This document shows positions 41,041 to 54,429 of a stretch of 64,000 nucleotides of DNA, one piece after another. This DNA comes from Eledone cirrhosa. Its lineage: Eukaryota. The stretch's first letter is position 1, and each line of letters begins with the position of its first letter. The stretch is from NCBI GenBank assembly GCA_964016885.1, contig OZ024742.1:304172001-304236000 (forward strand). The letters are read 5' to 3'. The translations under genes and the position numbers were made by a program. The notes below the pieces were generated by a model. It ran no database searches, had not been told where the DNA came from, and was given only the letters and a program-made list of their open reading frames with translations.

Positions 41041-41630
41041 AATTGATATCACAAATGTCATTTTTTTTTATTCCTTTCAATGTTGTTGACACCTAAATGT
41101 TGCTGCTGCAGTTGTTGTTGTTGTTGCTGCTGTTGTTGCTGCCGTTGCTGTTGTTATTGTTGTTGTTGTTGTTGTTGTGTTTGAGGATTTTAATAATTAG
41201 CAGGTTGATGAGTGGTGTTGTTGCTATTGTTAAGAAAGCTAACATTATATTGGTGGCGCTGTTGTTGTCGCCGTCGTTATTGTTCTTGTTGTTGATGGCA
41301 ACCACGATGATGAGGGGGGGATGGTGGTGGCGGTGGTCGTCGTGGTGACGATGATGTTGATGATGATGACATTGACGATGATGATGATGATTAGGAGGAC
41401 GACGATCACGATGATGACGATGATGATGATGATGAGGATGATGTCGACGAAGACGACGATGTTGATGATGATGGTAGTAGTGGTGGGAGTGTTATTTTTC
41501 TTGTTCGTGTTGTGACTACTGAAATTGTTTCTGTTTTCACTTTGACACTCTTGCTATTGTTGTTGTTGTTGTTGTTGTTGCTGTTGTTGTTGTTGTTGTT
41601 GTTGCTGTTGTTGTTGCTGTTGCTGTTGTT

Positions 41631-41661
<31 letters not shown>

Positions 41662-41685
41662 TTGTGTTGCCTTTGTTGCTGTTGC

Positions 41686-41722
<37 letters not shown>

Positions 41723-43186
41723 GCTGTTGTTGTTGTTGTTGTTGTTGTTGTTGCTGCTGCTGTTGTTGTTGTTGTTGTGTTGTTGTTGGTGTTGATGTTG
41801 TTGTTGTTGCTGGTGTTGTTGTTGTTGTTGCTGCTGTGCTTTTGTTGTTTTTGTTGTTGTTGCTGGTGTTGTGGGTATTGTTGTAGTAGTTGTAACTGAC
41901 TTCTGCTTTTACCGGTGGTTGTTGTGGCTGTGCTGATTTCTGATCGTCTTTATAATTCTGTTCTTGTTTGTTCTTGGTTTTGCCGTCTTTATTGTTTCAA
42001 CTTCTGTTGTTGTTGTTGTTGTTGTTGTTCTTCTTCTTCTTCTTCTTCTTCTTCTTCTTCTTCTTCTTCTTCTTCTTCTTCTTCTTCTTCTTCTTCTTCT
42101 TCTTCTTCTTCTTCTTCTTCTTCGTGCTAGCTTAGCGGTAGTGGTGGGGTTGTTGATGGTAAGAGTGGTGGTAGGTTTGTTAGTGCTAACGCCGGTAGGA
42201 GTTGTGATGGTGATGTTGGTGATAGAAGCGCTAATGGAGGTAGGGGTTGCCGTGTGTGTATTGATGTTTGTGTTGTTGTTTGTAATGGTGATGATGTTTG
42301 TTCTGGTAGAGGTTAGGCTGGTAGTGTTGGGGATGGTAGTGATATGGATATTGAGGGTGCGCTGGTGGTTGAAGTGTGATAATGGATGAGGTGGTGGTGG
42401 TTAATGGTGATATCGGTACTGTTTGTCATGGGAACTATGAGGTTGTCAGTGGTTTTGGTGATGATGGTGGTTGTTTTCGCTGTGGTGGTGGGCTGATGGT
42501 AGTGGGATTAATACTGATAGTGGAGAAATGATACTGGTTGTAGCGTTGGTGATGGTGATGTTGGTTGTAGTGGTCTTAGTGATGGTGATGTTTGTTGTAC
42601 TGCTAGTTGTTGGAGTGTGGTAGGGTAATGGTAGAGGTTTGGTGATGATGGTGTCGGTGCAGGTTGTAAATGTACTGGTAGTAGTGGTATGTGGTGATAG
42701 AGGCAGTAGTTTTGTTAGTAATGGCAGTATTATAAGCTGTTGTGGTGGAGCTAGTAATAAATGTGGTCGTGATTGTGTTTTCTGTCATTGTTTAAAATGT
42801 TATTGTCTATCATTTTTGTTGTTTCCGAGTTGTATTGTTTGTTCAGTTAATGCGGCCATATTGTTTTGTTGTTTGCTGCTGCTGCTGCTGACACTGCTGC
42901 TGACGCTGCTACTGACGCTGCTGCTGTTAGAGTTGTTAGTAATGCTGAAAATGATGATGGGTGGGGGGAAAAGACGATGGTATTACTATTGAGGGAAGGC
43001 GAAACATGAAGTGGGTTGGCGGGTGAGAAGAAATATTTTGTTACTGCGTGGAATTCAATGGCTGGCTAACATTGATAAAATATTGATCTGTCACCGGGGG
43101 AGGGTGTGGCATCATAACAGTTGTTTTAACAAACTTTTTCACTAATGTTTATATTATTCTTAGATTTCCTTCTAGAACGACATAGG

Positions 43187-43286
<100 letters not shown>

Positions 43287-43411
43287 CAAAAAAGGGATAT
43301 AAATATATATATGTATGCATATATATATGTGTGTGTATGTGTGTGTGTGTATGTTCGTGATAAGGTGTATATAAAATATATACATTCATAATAGATAAAA
43401 GCAAATCCCAC

Positions 43412-43446
<35 letters not shown>

Positions 43447-43849
43447 GGAGTTGCTGTTTTTATTCATTGTGGGTTGTATATATTCATTTATCCAACAACT
43501 TAGTAAATCTTTATTTATTCAAACATATGAGCATAAAACGGTTATTCATGCTGATGTGCTTTTCATTTTATGGTTATAAACTCCTGAAGACCTGGTTCCA
43601 TGAAACATTTTTAGTCGCCGAAAGTTACATAATTTAGATTTCATAACTTTTACCCAATAATTGTGTAACTTCCTGAGAAGAATTCAATGAAGTACGGAAA
43701 CATTTGTGAATTGACGTAACTGAGAAAGCGTAATCATGCTCTCGAATTGTTTTTTTTTAATATAAACATTAATATATATCCATACACACACACACTCAAC
43801 CCCCATACACACACAAACAAACACACGCACAACACACACACCCACTATC

Positions 43850-44672
43850 ATCAAAAGATCCTGGCAGACATTTGTAGAGACTGTAACAAATATATGTGAA
43901 AAACATACCCCATTAAGATCTGTAAACTAATCTAAATGCAGAATCCCTAGAAATAGAACACTTAGCAGAAAAATTAAAAGAATTAACAAAAAAAGAAAAT
44001 CAACAAACTGAAATACTGCTTGCAGCGACACACCAATTTGACTGCCATTGCATCACTAGAAATGGAAAAAACACAACCTCCAAAACAGTATTATCTCCAT
44101 CATCAACAATCAAAAGAGCAGCTGAAGAGGCCTGGGCCTCTGAGAAAATCTGACTCAATCTCAAAGTGTTCGTTTCATTTGCGAAAAATACAAAGTCACT
44201 GTTGACCCTCTAATTGATGAAAATGACACTCCAAGATAATGCTAAAACCATGGGTGAGATACTGAAGAAACAATAATGCCCTGTTTTCACCAATCCTGAT
44301 ATGGCTGATTTGGGCTGCATGAGTGATGTTAATCCCCAACACACTATATCAGAAATAACGTTTGGCGCCCCTGATATTTTAGCGGCAATAAAAGAAACTA
44401 AACACAATTTAGCAGTAGGCACTGATAGTTTCCCCGCGTGTGTCCTGAAGGTGTGTCGACACCAACTTGCATCTCCTCTTGCTAATCTGTGGAGGAACTC
44501 ACTGGATGCTTACTATCCCAGTTTTCAAAAATGGAAACAAATCCCTTGCCGTGAATTACCGTTCGATGTCACTCACGTCTCATATCATTAATGCATTTGA
44601 GAGGGTGAGCTCACGTATAACTACTTTCTTGAAAGTAACAATCTGCTGAACTCCAACCAATATGGGTTCGTA
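43850..44672 (+). pseudogene. CR1-group LINE ORF2 fragment (N-terminal RT region)
   Basis: AVGTDSFPACVLKVCRHQLASPLANLWRNSLD; IPVFKNGNKSLAVNYRSMSLTSHIINAFERV; LLNSNQYGF. Confidence 0.8.
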
Positions 44673-44684
44673 ATGAGTGTGTCT

Positions 44685-44921
44685 CTGCAAGCAATAACTC
44701 CCTTCTTGAGTGGGCCTTGGTGTCCAAATCCTGATTTGAAAGACTTTGCCAGGTGGTGCTATTAAGTTAGACATGGCCTGGACCAATACTGGCAACAACT
44801 TATATATATATAATAACTTAACTTTGATAACTTTGATAGGTTTTTGCCAGTATTGGTCCAGGCCATGTCTAACTTAATACCACCACCTGGCGAAGTCTTT
44901 CAACTCAGGATTCGGACACCA
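44685..44921. mobile_element. Hairpin-type insertion with ~78-bp inverted arms
   Basis: 44718-44795 is the reverse complement of 44844-44921; abuts (TA)n. Confidence 0.75.
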
Positions 44922-44947
44922 TATATATATATATATATATAAATATA

Positions 44948-45111
44948 TAACATAAAAGTGTGGTAAACAACCAGGTGGACAATAACACACCAGAGTACTC
45001 GATACTTAGGGTAGTGGAGTGGGTAATAGGATAACAGCTAGATAGATCCGAACTGTTTGACTCTAGCTGTCGAAGCGGCCGGAACTCAGCTGTCTGGGTC
45101 CTGATTCTCAT

Positions 45112-45115
<4 letters not shown>
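44948..45115. mobile_element. Diverged family A copy (tail plus short inverted HHR 3' half)
   Basis: gtggtaaacaaccaggtggac...gagtgggtaatagg then tagctgtcgaagcggc...cagctgtctgggtc...cctat; (TA)n on both sides. Confidence 0.7.
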
Positions 45116-45184
<69 letters not shown>

Positions 45185-45186
<2 letters not shown>

Positions 45187-45370
45187 CGAAGGAAATGTGG
45201 TAAGGAACCAGGTGGACCATAACGCACCAAAGTACTCAATACTTAGGGTAGTAGAGTGGGTAATAGGAACCAGTAAGACCCCGACGGCTGAGCTCAAGCC
45301 GTTTCGACGGCTAATCTTGAGAATTAGCCGTCGAAATGGCTTGAGCTCAGCCGTCGGGGTCTTACTGGTT

Positions 45371-45375
<5 letters not shown>
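45185..45375. mobile_element. Family A short hairpin copy in (TA)n
   Basis: Tail nearly identical to 16689-16766; ~53-bp arms 45263-45315 / 45323-45375. Confidence 0.85.
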
Positions 45376-45417
<42 letters not shown>

Positions 45418-45420
<3 letters not shown>

Positions 45421-45618
45421 AATAAAATACAGAGTTATTAACTCATATTCAGACCCTGTAATTAACAAACTTAAAGTATAGATACTGAGCATTATATAAC
45501 GTTATATGTAGAAATATGTAGAAATAAACACAGAGAATTGTGGGTCTAAAATTACGAGGGTAGATATATCTACCCTCGTAATTTTAGACACATAATTCTC
45601 TGTGTTTATTTCTACATA
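45418..45618. mobile_element. Palindromic insertion (~104-bp palindrome centred on gatatatc) with left tail, in (TA)n
   Basis: 45515-45618 is self-complementary with few mismatches; tail related to 461-549. Confidence 0.8.
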
Positions 45619-45619
45619 C

Positions 45620-45699
<80 letters not shown>

Positions 45700-46670
45700 A
45701 GGAGATCGGAAGAGATTGGTACTGGGTGTGAGAGAGAATGAGACAGAAAAAAGACTGAGAATATTATTTGAAATTATAAAGTTAGAAATAAATATAAAAC
45801 ATGTGGAATTTGAGGCGATTTATATGATGGAATCATCGCGTTGACGTAAAAATACGAGAGAAATATATAGCAAGGAACGGGTTAATAAAATCGTTGAAAA
45901 AGAGGAAGGACTATATTCGTACGTAATTATTTTCAGACGCTGAAAACTAATTTCAATATTTTCTCTCTAATTACGTCTTAAATCCAAGTTTCCAAATGAT
46001 AAGAAAATGGTCTGAAACAATAATGTTTGGAATATTCATACTAAAATGGAAATTTGAATTTCAACTTGAATATTGGAATATTAATTTCCAAGCAAATATT
46101 CAATAATTTTTTAGTAAGTTATCTTTCGTTTCAGTTGTTGATAAATATCGAGTAAATGTCAATTTTAAACGATTGTGTGACTATTATTTCTCTTTAAAAT
46201 TGTATTTTATTGTCTTGCCAATCCGTAATATCATATTTAACATGGTATTTAAAATAATACTTCCCGGTCTCTACTTTTCTGGAACATTACGTCTATCAAA
46301 ATACACATCCTCTGCGTCTCGTTGTCTTTTCCATTTCGCTTCTGCGGTTACTCAGATGAAACTCCGTCCACTTCGTTCTCTAATTTTTCAATGATCAAAT
46401 CCTCTTTTCAAACAAGTTATATTGTCTCCCTGAGTGTTATACATGTTAGCTCTTTAACGTTGCCCTATGTTAATCTGTCGATTAAATAATTATTCAGTTT
46501 GTATAGCTTAGGCTACTGGCTGGGAATGTTGTCTTACAATTAATCGTATGCGTGAGCTCCAAATGAATTTCTTGAGCAAATTTTAACCCACTCGATATGC
46601 AAATTGGGCTACTCAGCCGTTAATATGCATAAGGTAAGTATATACGTTCAACAATCTGGCAGGAAGGTAT

Positions 46671-46713
46671 ACGTTGCTGATGATAGCTAATAAGCTTGAA
46701 ACTAGTACAGTGT
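46671..46713 (+). ncRNA. Minimal type I hammerhead ribozyme, copy 1
   Basis: acgttg-CTGATGA-tagct aata agctt-GAAA-ctag-TA-cagtgt; palindromic actagt in place of stem III. Confidence 0.75.
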
Positions 46714-47092
46714 TCCTTTGTCAGTGTTGAACAAACGAGCAACGATGGTTGCTAGACACTACGGCTTAATACGGGATGTTTGTTTACAAACACACCGAGC
46801 ATTATAATAAATGTTCGGTGAATCCATACGTGCATATATATATATGTGTGCATGTATGTATATATATATACATACTACTGTACGCCTGTATACATATATG
46901 TATGTTCGTGTACATACTTATATTTAAGTAACAGCCGTAGTAAGAGTGGGAAATGAAATTTCGTTTCATTTTTTCCGTTTATTGTTTTCGGTGCACCCGG
47001 CCGATTGACCCACTCGATATGCAAATTGGGCTACTCAGCCGTTAATATGCATAGGGTAAGTATATACGTTCAACAATATGGCAGGAAGGTAT

Positions 47093-47135
47093 ACGTTGCT
47101 GATGATAGCTAATAAGCTTGAAACTAGTACAGTGT
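47093..47135 (+). ncRNA. Minimal type I hammerhead ribozyme, copy 2
   Basis: Identical to 46671-46713. Confidence 0.75.
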
Positions 47136-47402
47136 TCCTTTGTCAGTGTTGAACAAACGAGCAACGATGGTTGCTAGACACTACGGCTTAATACGGGATG
47201 TTTGTTTACAAACACACCGAGCATTATAATAAATGTTCGGTGAATCCATACGTACATATATATATGTGTGCATTTATGTATATATATATATATACATACT
47301 ACTGTACATCTGTATACGTATATGTATGTACGTGTACATATTTATATTTAAGTAACAACCGTACTAAGCGTGGGAAATGAAATTTCGTTTCATTTTTTTC
47401 CG

Positions 47403-47461
<59 letters not shown>

Positions 47462-47465
<4 letters not shown>

Positions 47466-50400
47466 GAAATGACAGGAGGCTGGATTTGTGTAATTCCTTG
47501 AAAGGTTAATTATACTATGTTCATTTCAATGACCGGGTTCCGTATGATATCATCAGGTATTCGAAATATAATACGTGAATGTAATAGGTAAAATCTATGG
47601 GGCTGAAAATCGAGGACCCGAGGGCGACCGCTATTCTGTTCCTTCAACCTCAACCGGTCGCCCTGGAGTGACGTGGCTAAAGTTTATAGTATGCTACTAC
47701 CGGTCAGATAAACGAAAACAGAAAGGTATGGGAACATAAGTTAGCGTCAATCTCATGACACACGGTAAAAAAAGAAAGAAAGGAAGGAGAGAGAAGAAGG
47801 GGGAAGAAAGAAGAAGAGAAGCCAGGGTTAATGTCAGCTAAAAGAGGAAAGGCAACTACTACCGGTCAGATATAGGCAAGCAAGAGGGGGAAGGAAGATA
47901 AGTCTGCGGGAGGAAGACAGGAAAAGGGGAGAAGAGAAGGAAGAGAAGAGAGAAGTAGAAAAGTAAGTGTTGATGGCTACAAGAAGGAAGATAGAAAGAA
48001 AGAGGAAGAAAGGTCGATATTACTGTCAGACCACAGTCCGGCTAGGAGTGGCGCGAGAAAATTTTCACAGGGACCCGTATCTTAGCAGAGGTGAATATAT
48101 TGGGAGTCAGTGTGTTACAGTGTTTAGACTTCTAGGATGAAGTTAAACAAATTAATAATCAATATTCAATATTAAAGAGGTTACAAAATTTAAAGTTCAA
48201 CAGTTTAACATTTTATTATATAATAGTTCCGATTTGTTCTGTAATTTAAAGGTACTATGTGGCGGTTAAAACACCGGCCGCGCCCCGGGCCCCATGGCGA
48301 ATTAAGCTACGCCGAGTATTTTCATTTACCGAAAGAAGGGGAAATTTATTTTTCCAAGCACTCCAGGTAAGTTCGTGCACCAGGGAACTGGTCGCGCCGC
48401 CATTAACACCCACCCAACAGTCCGACAGAAAGTTGGAACTCTAAAATTTTGCTTAGAGAAGTAGAAGAGTAATGGTTGATGGCTATAAGAAGGAAGATAG
48501 AAAGAGAGAGGAAGGAAGGTCGATATTAATGTCACACCACATTCGGGCTAGGAGTGGCGCGAGAAAATGTTCACAGGGACCCGCATCTTAGCAGAGGTGA
48601 ATATATTGGGAGTCAGTGTGTTACAATGTTTATACCTATAGGATGAAGTTAAAAAATTAATAATCAATATTCAATATTAAAGAGGTTAGAAAATTTATAG
48701 TTCGACAGTTTAACATTTTCAGGTTGAAATATCTAATAGTTCCGATTTGTTCTGTAATTTAAAGGTACTATGTGGCTGTTAAAACACCGGCCGCGCCCCG
48801 GGCCCCATGGCGAATTAAGCTACGCCGAGTATTTTCATTTACCGAAAGAAGGGGAAATTTATTTTTCCAAGCACTCCAGGTAAGCTCGTGCACCAGGGAG
48901 CTGGTCGCGCCGCCATTAAAACCCACCCGACAGTTCGACAGAAAGTTGGAAATTTAAAATTTTGCTTAACTCTATCGGATGAAGTTGTAAGAATTCAGAA
49001 TAACATTATAAAACTAAGGAGTAAGAAGATTGAGAATTGAACAAACAGAAAATTGAAGATTAAACATTCAAATAACTTCTATGAGGTTTTGGGTTGCGGG
49101 GTTTAATTAAATAGAGTCTTTTATGAAGAAACGTTAATTGTATTATGTAGATCTGCAATTTATCCTAGTGGGATGTAGAGTACGGGATATAGTCGTGTAA
49201 TGTTTAATTTTTGTTCTCAGGGGGAGACATTCTAGTGTCGTGTACTAATGGGTACAGGTCCCAATGTGAGGAGTAGAAATACATGGATACATAGAAGTGG
49301 AATACGTGGTAGAGCACATTGGTACAGCAAAGGTATAAATATATAAACATATCAATATATAGGTATACATATGTAAATAAACCAACAAGAGTGGTGTTGG
49401 AGTAAGATGGAGAAATCAAGACATAGGAGAATTACAATATAGTTCAGGTTGCAGTATTTAAGTTCCCGGGGGGGGGGGACAATCCTGTGTCGTGTGCTAA
49501 GGGTGCACGCGAGTAAAAGTCCGAATAAGGGAAGTAAAAAGTACATGGATGTATAGAGGTAGAGTACGTGGAAAGGCATTAATACAGCAAATAAAGATGT
49601 GAAGATATAAATAAACAAACAATAGTCGTTATCTAGTAAATGTAGAGTTCAAGACACAGGAGAAATACAATATAGTTCAGGTTGCGGTATTTATGTTCCC
49701 AGGGGGAGATATTCCAGTGACGTGTGCTAAGGGTACACGCGAGTAAAAGTCCGTTAAACTGTTGAACTATAAATTTTCTAACCTCTTTAATATTGAATAT
49801 TGATTATTAATTTTTTAACTTCATCCTATAGGTATAAACATTGTAACACACTGACTCCCAATATATTCACCTCTGCTAAGATGCGGGTCCCTGTGAACAT
49901 TTTCTCGCGCCTCTCCTGGCCCGAATGTGGTGTGACATTAATATCGACCTTCCTTCCTCTCTCTTTCTATCTTCCTTCTTATAGCCATCAACCATTACTC
50001 TTCTACTTCTCTAAGCAAAATTTTAGAGTTCCAATTTTCTGTTGGACTGTTGGGTGGGTTTTAATGGCGGCGCGACCAGTTCCCTGGCGCACGAGCTTAC
50101 CTGGAGTGCTTGGAAAAATAAATTTCCCCTTCTTTCGGTAAATGAAAATACTCGGCGTAGCTTAATTCGACATGGGGCTCTGGGCGCGGCCGGTGTTTTA
50201 ACCGCCACATAGTACCTTTAAATTACAGAACAAATCGGAACTATTATATAATAAAATGTTAAACTGTTGAACTTTAAATTTTCTAGCCTCTTTAATATTG
50301 AATATTGATTATTAATTTTTTTAACTTCATCCTAGAAGTCTAAACACTGTAACACACTGACTCCCAATATATTCATCTCTGCTAAGATACGGGTCCCTGT

Positions 50401-51157
50401 GAAAATTTTCTCGCGCCACTCCTTGCCTGACTGTGGTCTGACATTAATATCGACCTTTCTTCCTCTTTCTTTCTATCTTCCTTCTTGTAGCCATCAACCC
50501 TTGCTTTTCTACTTCTCTCTTCTCTTCCTTCTCTTCTCCCCTCTTCCTGTCTTCCTCCCGTAGACTTATCTTCCTTCCGCCTCTTGCTTGCCTATATCTG
50601 ATCGGTAGTAGTTGCCTTTCCTCTTTTAGCTGACATTAACCCTGGCTTCTCTTCTTCTTTCTTCTCCCTTCTTCTCTCTCCTTCCTTTCTTTCTTTTTTA
50701 CCGTGTGTCATGAGATTGACGCTAACTTATGTTCCCATCCCTTTCTGTTTTCGTTTATCTGACCGGTTGTAGCATACTATAAACTTTAGCCACGTCACTC
50801 CAGGGCGACCGGCTGAGGTTGAAGGAACAGAATAGCGGTCGCCCTCGGTTCCTCGATTTTCAGCCCCATAGATTTTATCTATTACATTCACGTATTATAT
50901 TTCGAATACCTGATGATATCACCGGATTCATACGGAACCCGGTCATTGAAATGATCATAGTATAATAAACCTTTCAAGGATTTACACAAATCCAGCCTCC
51001 TGTCATTTCATCATAATATTTAACTCCGTAATAGCACCACCAACTACAAACACAAAGACGGTTGAACTGCCTTACGTTGAGTACTCTCTATATTATTGCA
51101 TTACGATTGACCATACGGAATAGACCATCTCTATACAGTGGTGAACCTCAAACCTGA

Positions 51158-51162
<5 letters not shown>
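47462..51162. mobile_element. 3.7-kb family C insertion in (TA)n: ~1.26-kb inverted arms, internal 513-bp and ~235-250-bp direct repeats, HHR, right-hand tail
   Basis: 47462-48718 is inverted at 49755-51016; same spurious ORF at 48259, 48772 (+) and 50208 (-); tail 51017-51162. Confidence 0.9.
50906..50963 (+). ncRNA. Type I hammerhead ribozyme with palindromic minimal stem III
   Basis: atac-CTGATGA-tatcaccgg...ccggtcatt-GAAA-tgatca-TA-gtat; the minus-strand twin at 47512-47560 has a 9-nt stem II deletion. Confidence 0.75.
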
Positions 51163-51234
<72 letters not shown>

Positions 51235-51238
<4 letters not shown>

Positions 51239-51650
51239 TAAAAGGAAATGAAAATGCTCACAAATTTTTCCCAGTGAAAAATAGTTTAATTAGGAATAAG
51301 TATAAATTAGTAATAAGTATTGGTTAGTATTCAGTTTTAGTTTTAAGTTCTTACCGGTTGCGCATTTCTAATGCTTTTCAAAAATAATTTTGAGCTAGAG
51401 CGCCCGTGATGTTTGCTCTAACAGATTAGAGCAAACATCACGGGCGCTCTAGCTCAAAATTATTTTTGAAAAGCATTAGAAATGCGCAACCGGTAAGAAC
51501 TTAAAACTAAAACTGAATACTAACCAATACTTATTACTAATTTATACTTATTCCTAATTAAACTATTTTTCACTGGGAAAAATTTGTCACCATTTTCTTT
51601 TCCTTTTACTAATATATCACAACTCGTGTGTTACACCTCTATTTTTTTAA
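51235..51650. mobile_element. Family E hairpin insertion: ~187-bp inverted arms, 4-nt loop, short right tail
   Basis: 51235-51421 is the reverse complement of 51426-51612; TA-rich repeats on both sides. Confidence 0.9.
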
Positions 51651-51707
51651 ATATATATATATATATATACATACATATATTTAAAAAAATACATACATTA
51701 TAGACAG

Positions 51708-51739
<32 letters not shown>

Positions 51740-52476
51740 TATGTGTCTGTGTCTGTGTCAGTGCGTGTGTGTGAGTGATTGCATGTGTATGTATATAATA
51801 TAATAAGGAAAAGTTAATCACACATGATCTTGTATCCTTGATCGATTGTGAATATTTTCTGAGGAATAATTCTCAGAACAATTGATAAAAAGTCAATAAA
51901 ATTCAGTTATTACACCAGGTTCCAAGCATGCTTAATGAAACACCAATTTCTTTCATATAACATCTAAGACAACTTTAATAAGAACAACACGTGTATTCAT
52001 TTCCTGAATACCCAAGTTTCAGAGATATAAAACAAATGCGTTCGTGCATTCTCGTACATTAACAAAGTAAGTGAAGGATTTCCGATCTGGTTTACATAAG
52101 GCATTCTCTCGGATCTCATGTCGAACGCTACATCTATAAAAGAAAAGCATATTCCGAAATTCTCCTTTTGCATTCGAATCGGGAACAGAGTTCAAATAGG
52201 AATTATATCAGAGCTGAGTATGTTTCTACATACAGAATATTTTTCATACGAGCTCACACATGTATACATATAAAATAAGAACACACACACACACAAAGAC
52301 ACAAAGATACACACAGATACAAAGACACAAAGATACACACATACATACACACATACACACATATATATGCATCTGCATGCGTGTGTTTTTATGTTCAGAT
52401 ATATACATGATTATACGTATATTCATACATACATGAAATGTATATATATTTACATTCATTTATACATACATATACT

Positions 52477-52600
<124 letters not shown>

Positions 52601-53092
52601 TATATATATATATATATATGTATATTTATATACATATATGTTTGTATGCATGTATGTATCTATGATGTATGATACCAACTGTTTAACATCCACTCATCTG
52701 AATGGTCAATTTAATTAGAACAAAGTAACATTTCCCTGATTTTTGCGGCACCTTTGGAAGCAACAACCAAATAACTTAGCATTATGCTGGCTTCAAAGCA
52801 AATTATACTAGAGTTTGCTTCAAGATTTGATTATCATTTGCTCTCGACTGGATTCTAAATGAAATGATGAATAGACTAAATCTCGTAACCAGATGAACAG
52901 GTTATCGTTGTACCGTTCTGTTTGAAGATTATTATTCCGCATTAATCTGATTTTTTTTATTGATGTAGTTCATAGTAAACGGGTCACTAGATTAATGAGT
53001 TATACTAGTTTCTATATGCATACATACAAATACATATATAGATATAGATGTATGTATGTATGTATGTATGTATGTATGTATGTATGTATGTA

Positions 53093-53140
<48 letters not shown>

Positions 53141-53145
<5 letters not shown>

Positions 53146-53660
53146 ATATTTTGGGAGGGTCATGTGCCAATACAAACACATGCACCCTGTTGTTTTTCAC
53201 TTCATATTATTATAAATTTCTGGTTCAATAACCGGATGGTTGTTTATATATTATCAAAACCTTTTCGTCACACATTATGTGACCTCCTCAGTGACTAGGT
53301 TTTTATTTTGTGTCTCTCCTTTGTTCAGTCCTACACCATCTTGCTTTTGTGTGTTTTGTGTTGTGTGATTAGTTTGCACAGGCGTTACATCCGTGTGTGT
53401 GTGAGAGTCTTTACTTATTTATGTGTTTATTTACTTGTCACTAGTTGGTTGTTTGTTCTATCTGTGTGTGTCTGATTTGTTTTGTTAGTTTGGTCTTTGT
53501 GTGTATCTGTACGTCTTTGTTTTGTCCTTAATTACTAGTTGCTATTTCATTCATGTTTTCTGATTAATTTGGTTTGGAGTTTGTCTATGTTTCCTGCCTC
53601 TGTGATTTGTCGGAGGATTGCGTCTTTTCTGTGTGGGGATATAATTTCACTAATATAATT
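53141..53660 (-). mobile_element. Second family D copy, with HHR-like fold at 53253-53295
   Basis: Matches 1-436 in reverse; gtca-CTGAGGA-g-gtcacataatgtgtgac-GAAA-aggt-TT-tgat on minus. Confidence 0.7.
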
Positions 53661-53695
53661 TATACTCACACGCGCAACACACACGCACACACACG

Positions 53696-53783
<88 letters not shown>

Positions 53784-54324
53784 AATATCTTTATAAACGG
53801 TGCAAGAGAGGGTAAATATTCTAACAGTCTTTTTATCTGGAATGTTTCGTTGCATGGTTTCGAAAAAGGTTAGGGTGGTTGGGTGGCCCGATTTTCTTCA
53901 TGCTATATGTGATCACAACATACCCAGACACCCACAATTCAACAAAGATAACATGATCCAATACCAATGGACTACCACAGTAAATAAGGTACTCAATACA
54001 TTAGTAGAGTGTAAATATCATGTGTAATATATGGGTTCAGTCAAAATTAATAATCATAAAAAACGTTCCTGACGTTCTCCTTTGAATGAAATAGTTCTAT
54101 CCCTGTAGAAGCCATTTCTATATTAAACAGGATATGTATATATATATATATATATATATACATACACACACAGGCATATATATATATATATATATATGTG
54201 CGTGTGTGTGTGTGTGTGTGTGCGCGTGTGTGTATATATCTATCTATCTATCTATATATCTATATCTATATATATATATGTGTGTGTGTGTATGTATATA
54301 TATATATATGTGTGTGTATGTATA

Positions 54325-54429
<105 letters not shown>

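Larger units (their letters stand above)
46586..47404 (+). mobile_element. Tandem near-dimer of a 422-bp unit with one minimal HHR per unit (non-LTR retrozyme-like)
   Basis: acccactcgatatgc at 46586 and 47008; HHRs at 46671 and 47093; ends in (TA)n. Confidence 0.8.

Noticed and set aside
48259-48444. 61-aa ORF MAVKTPAAPRAPW present three times
   Set aside because: GTG-initiated, no recognisable domain; recurrence is explained by the repeat structure
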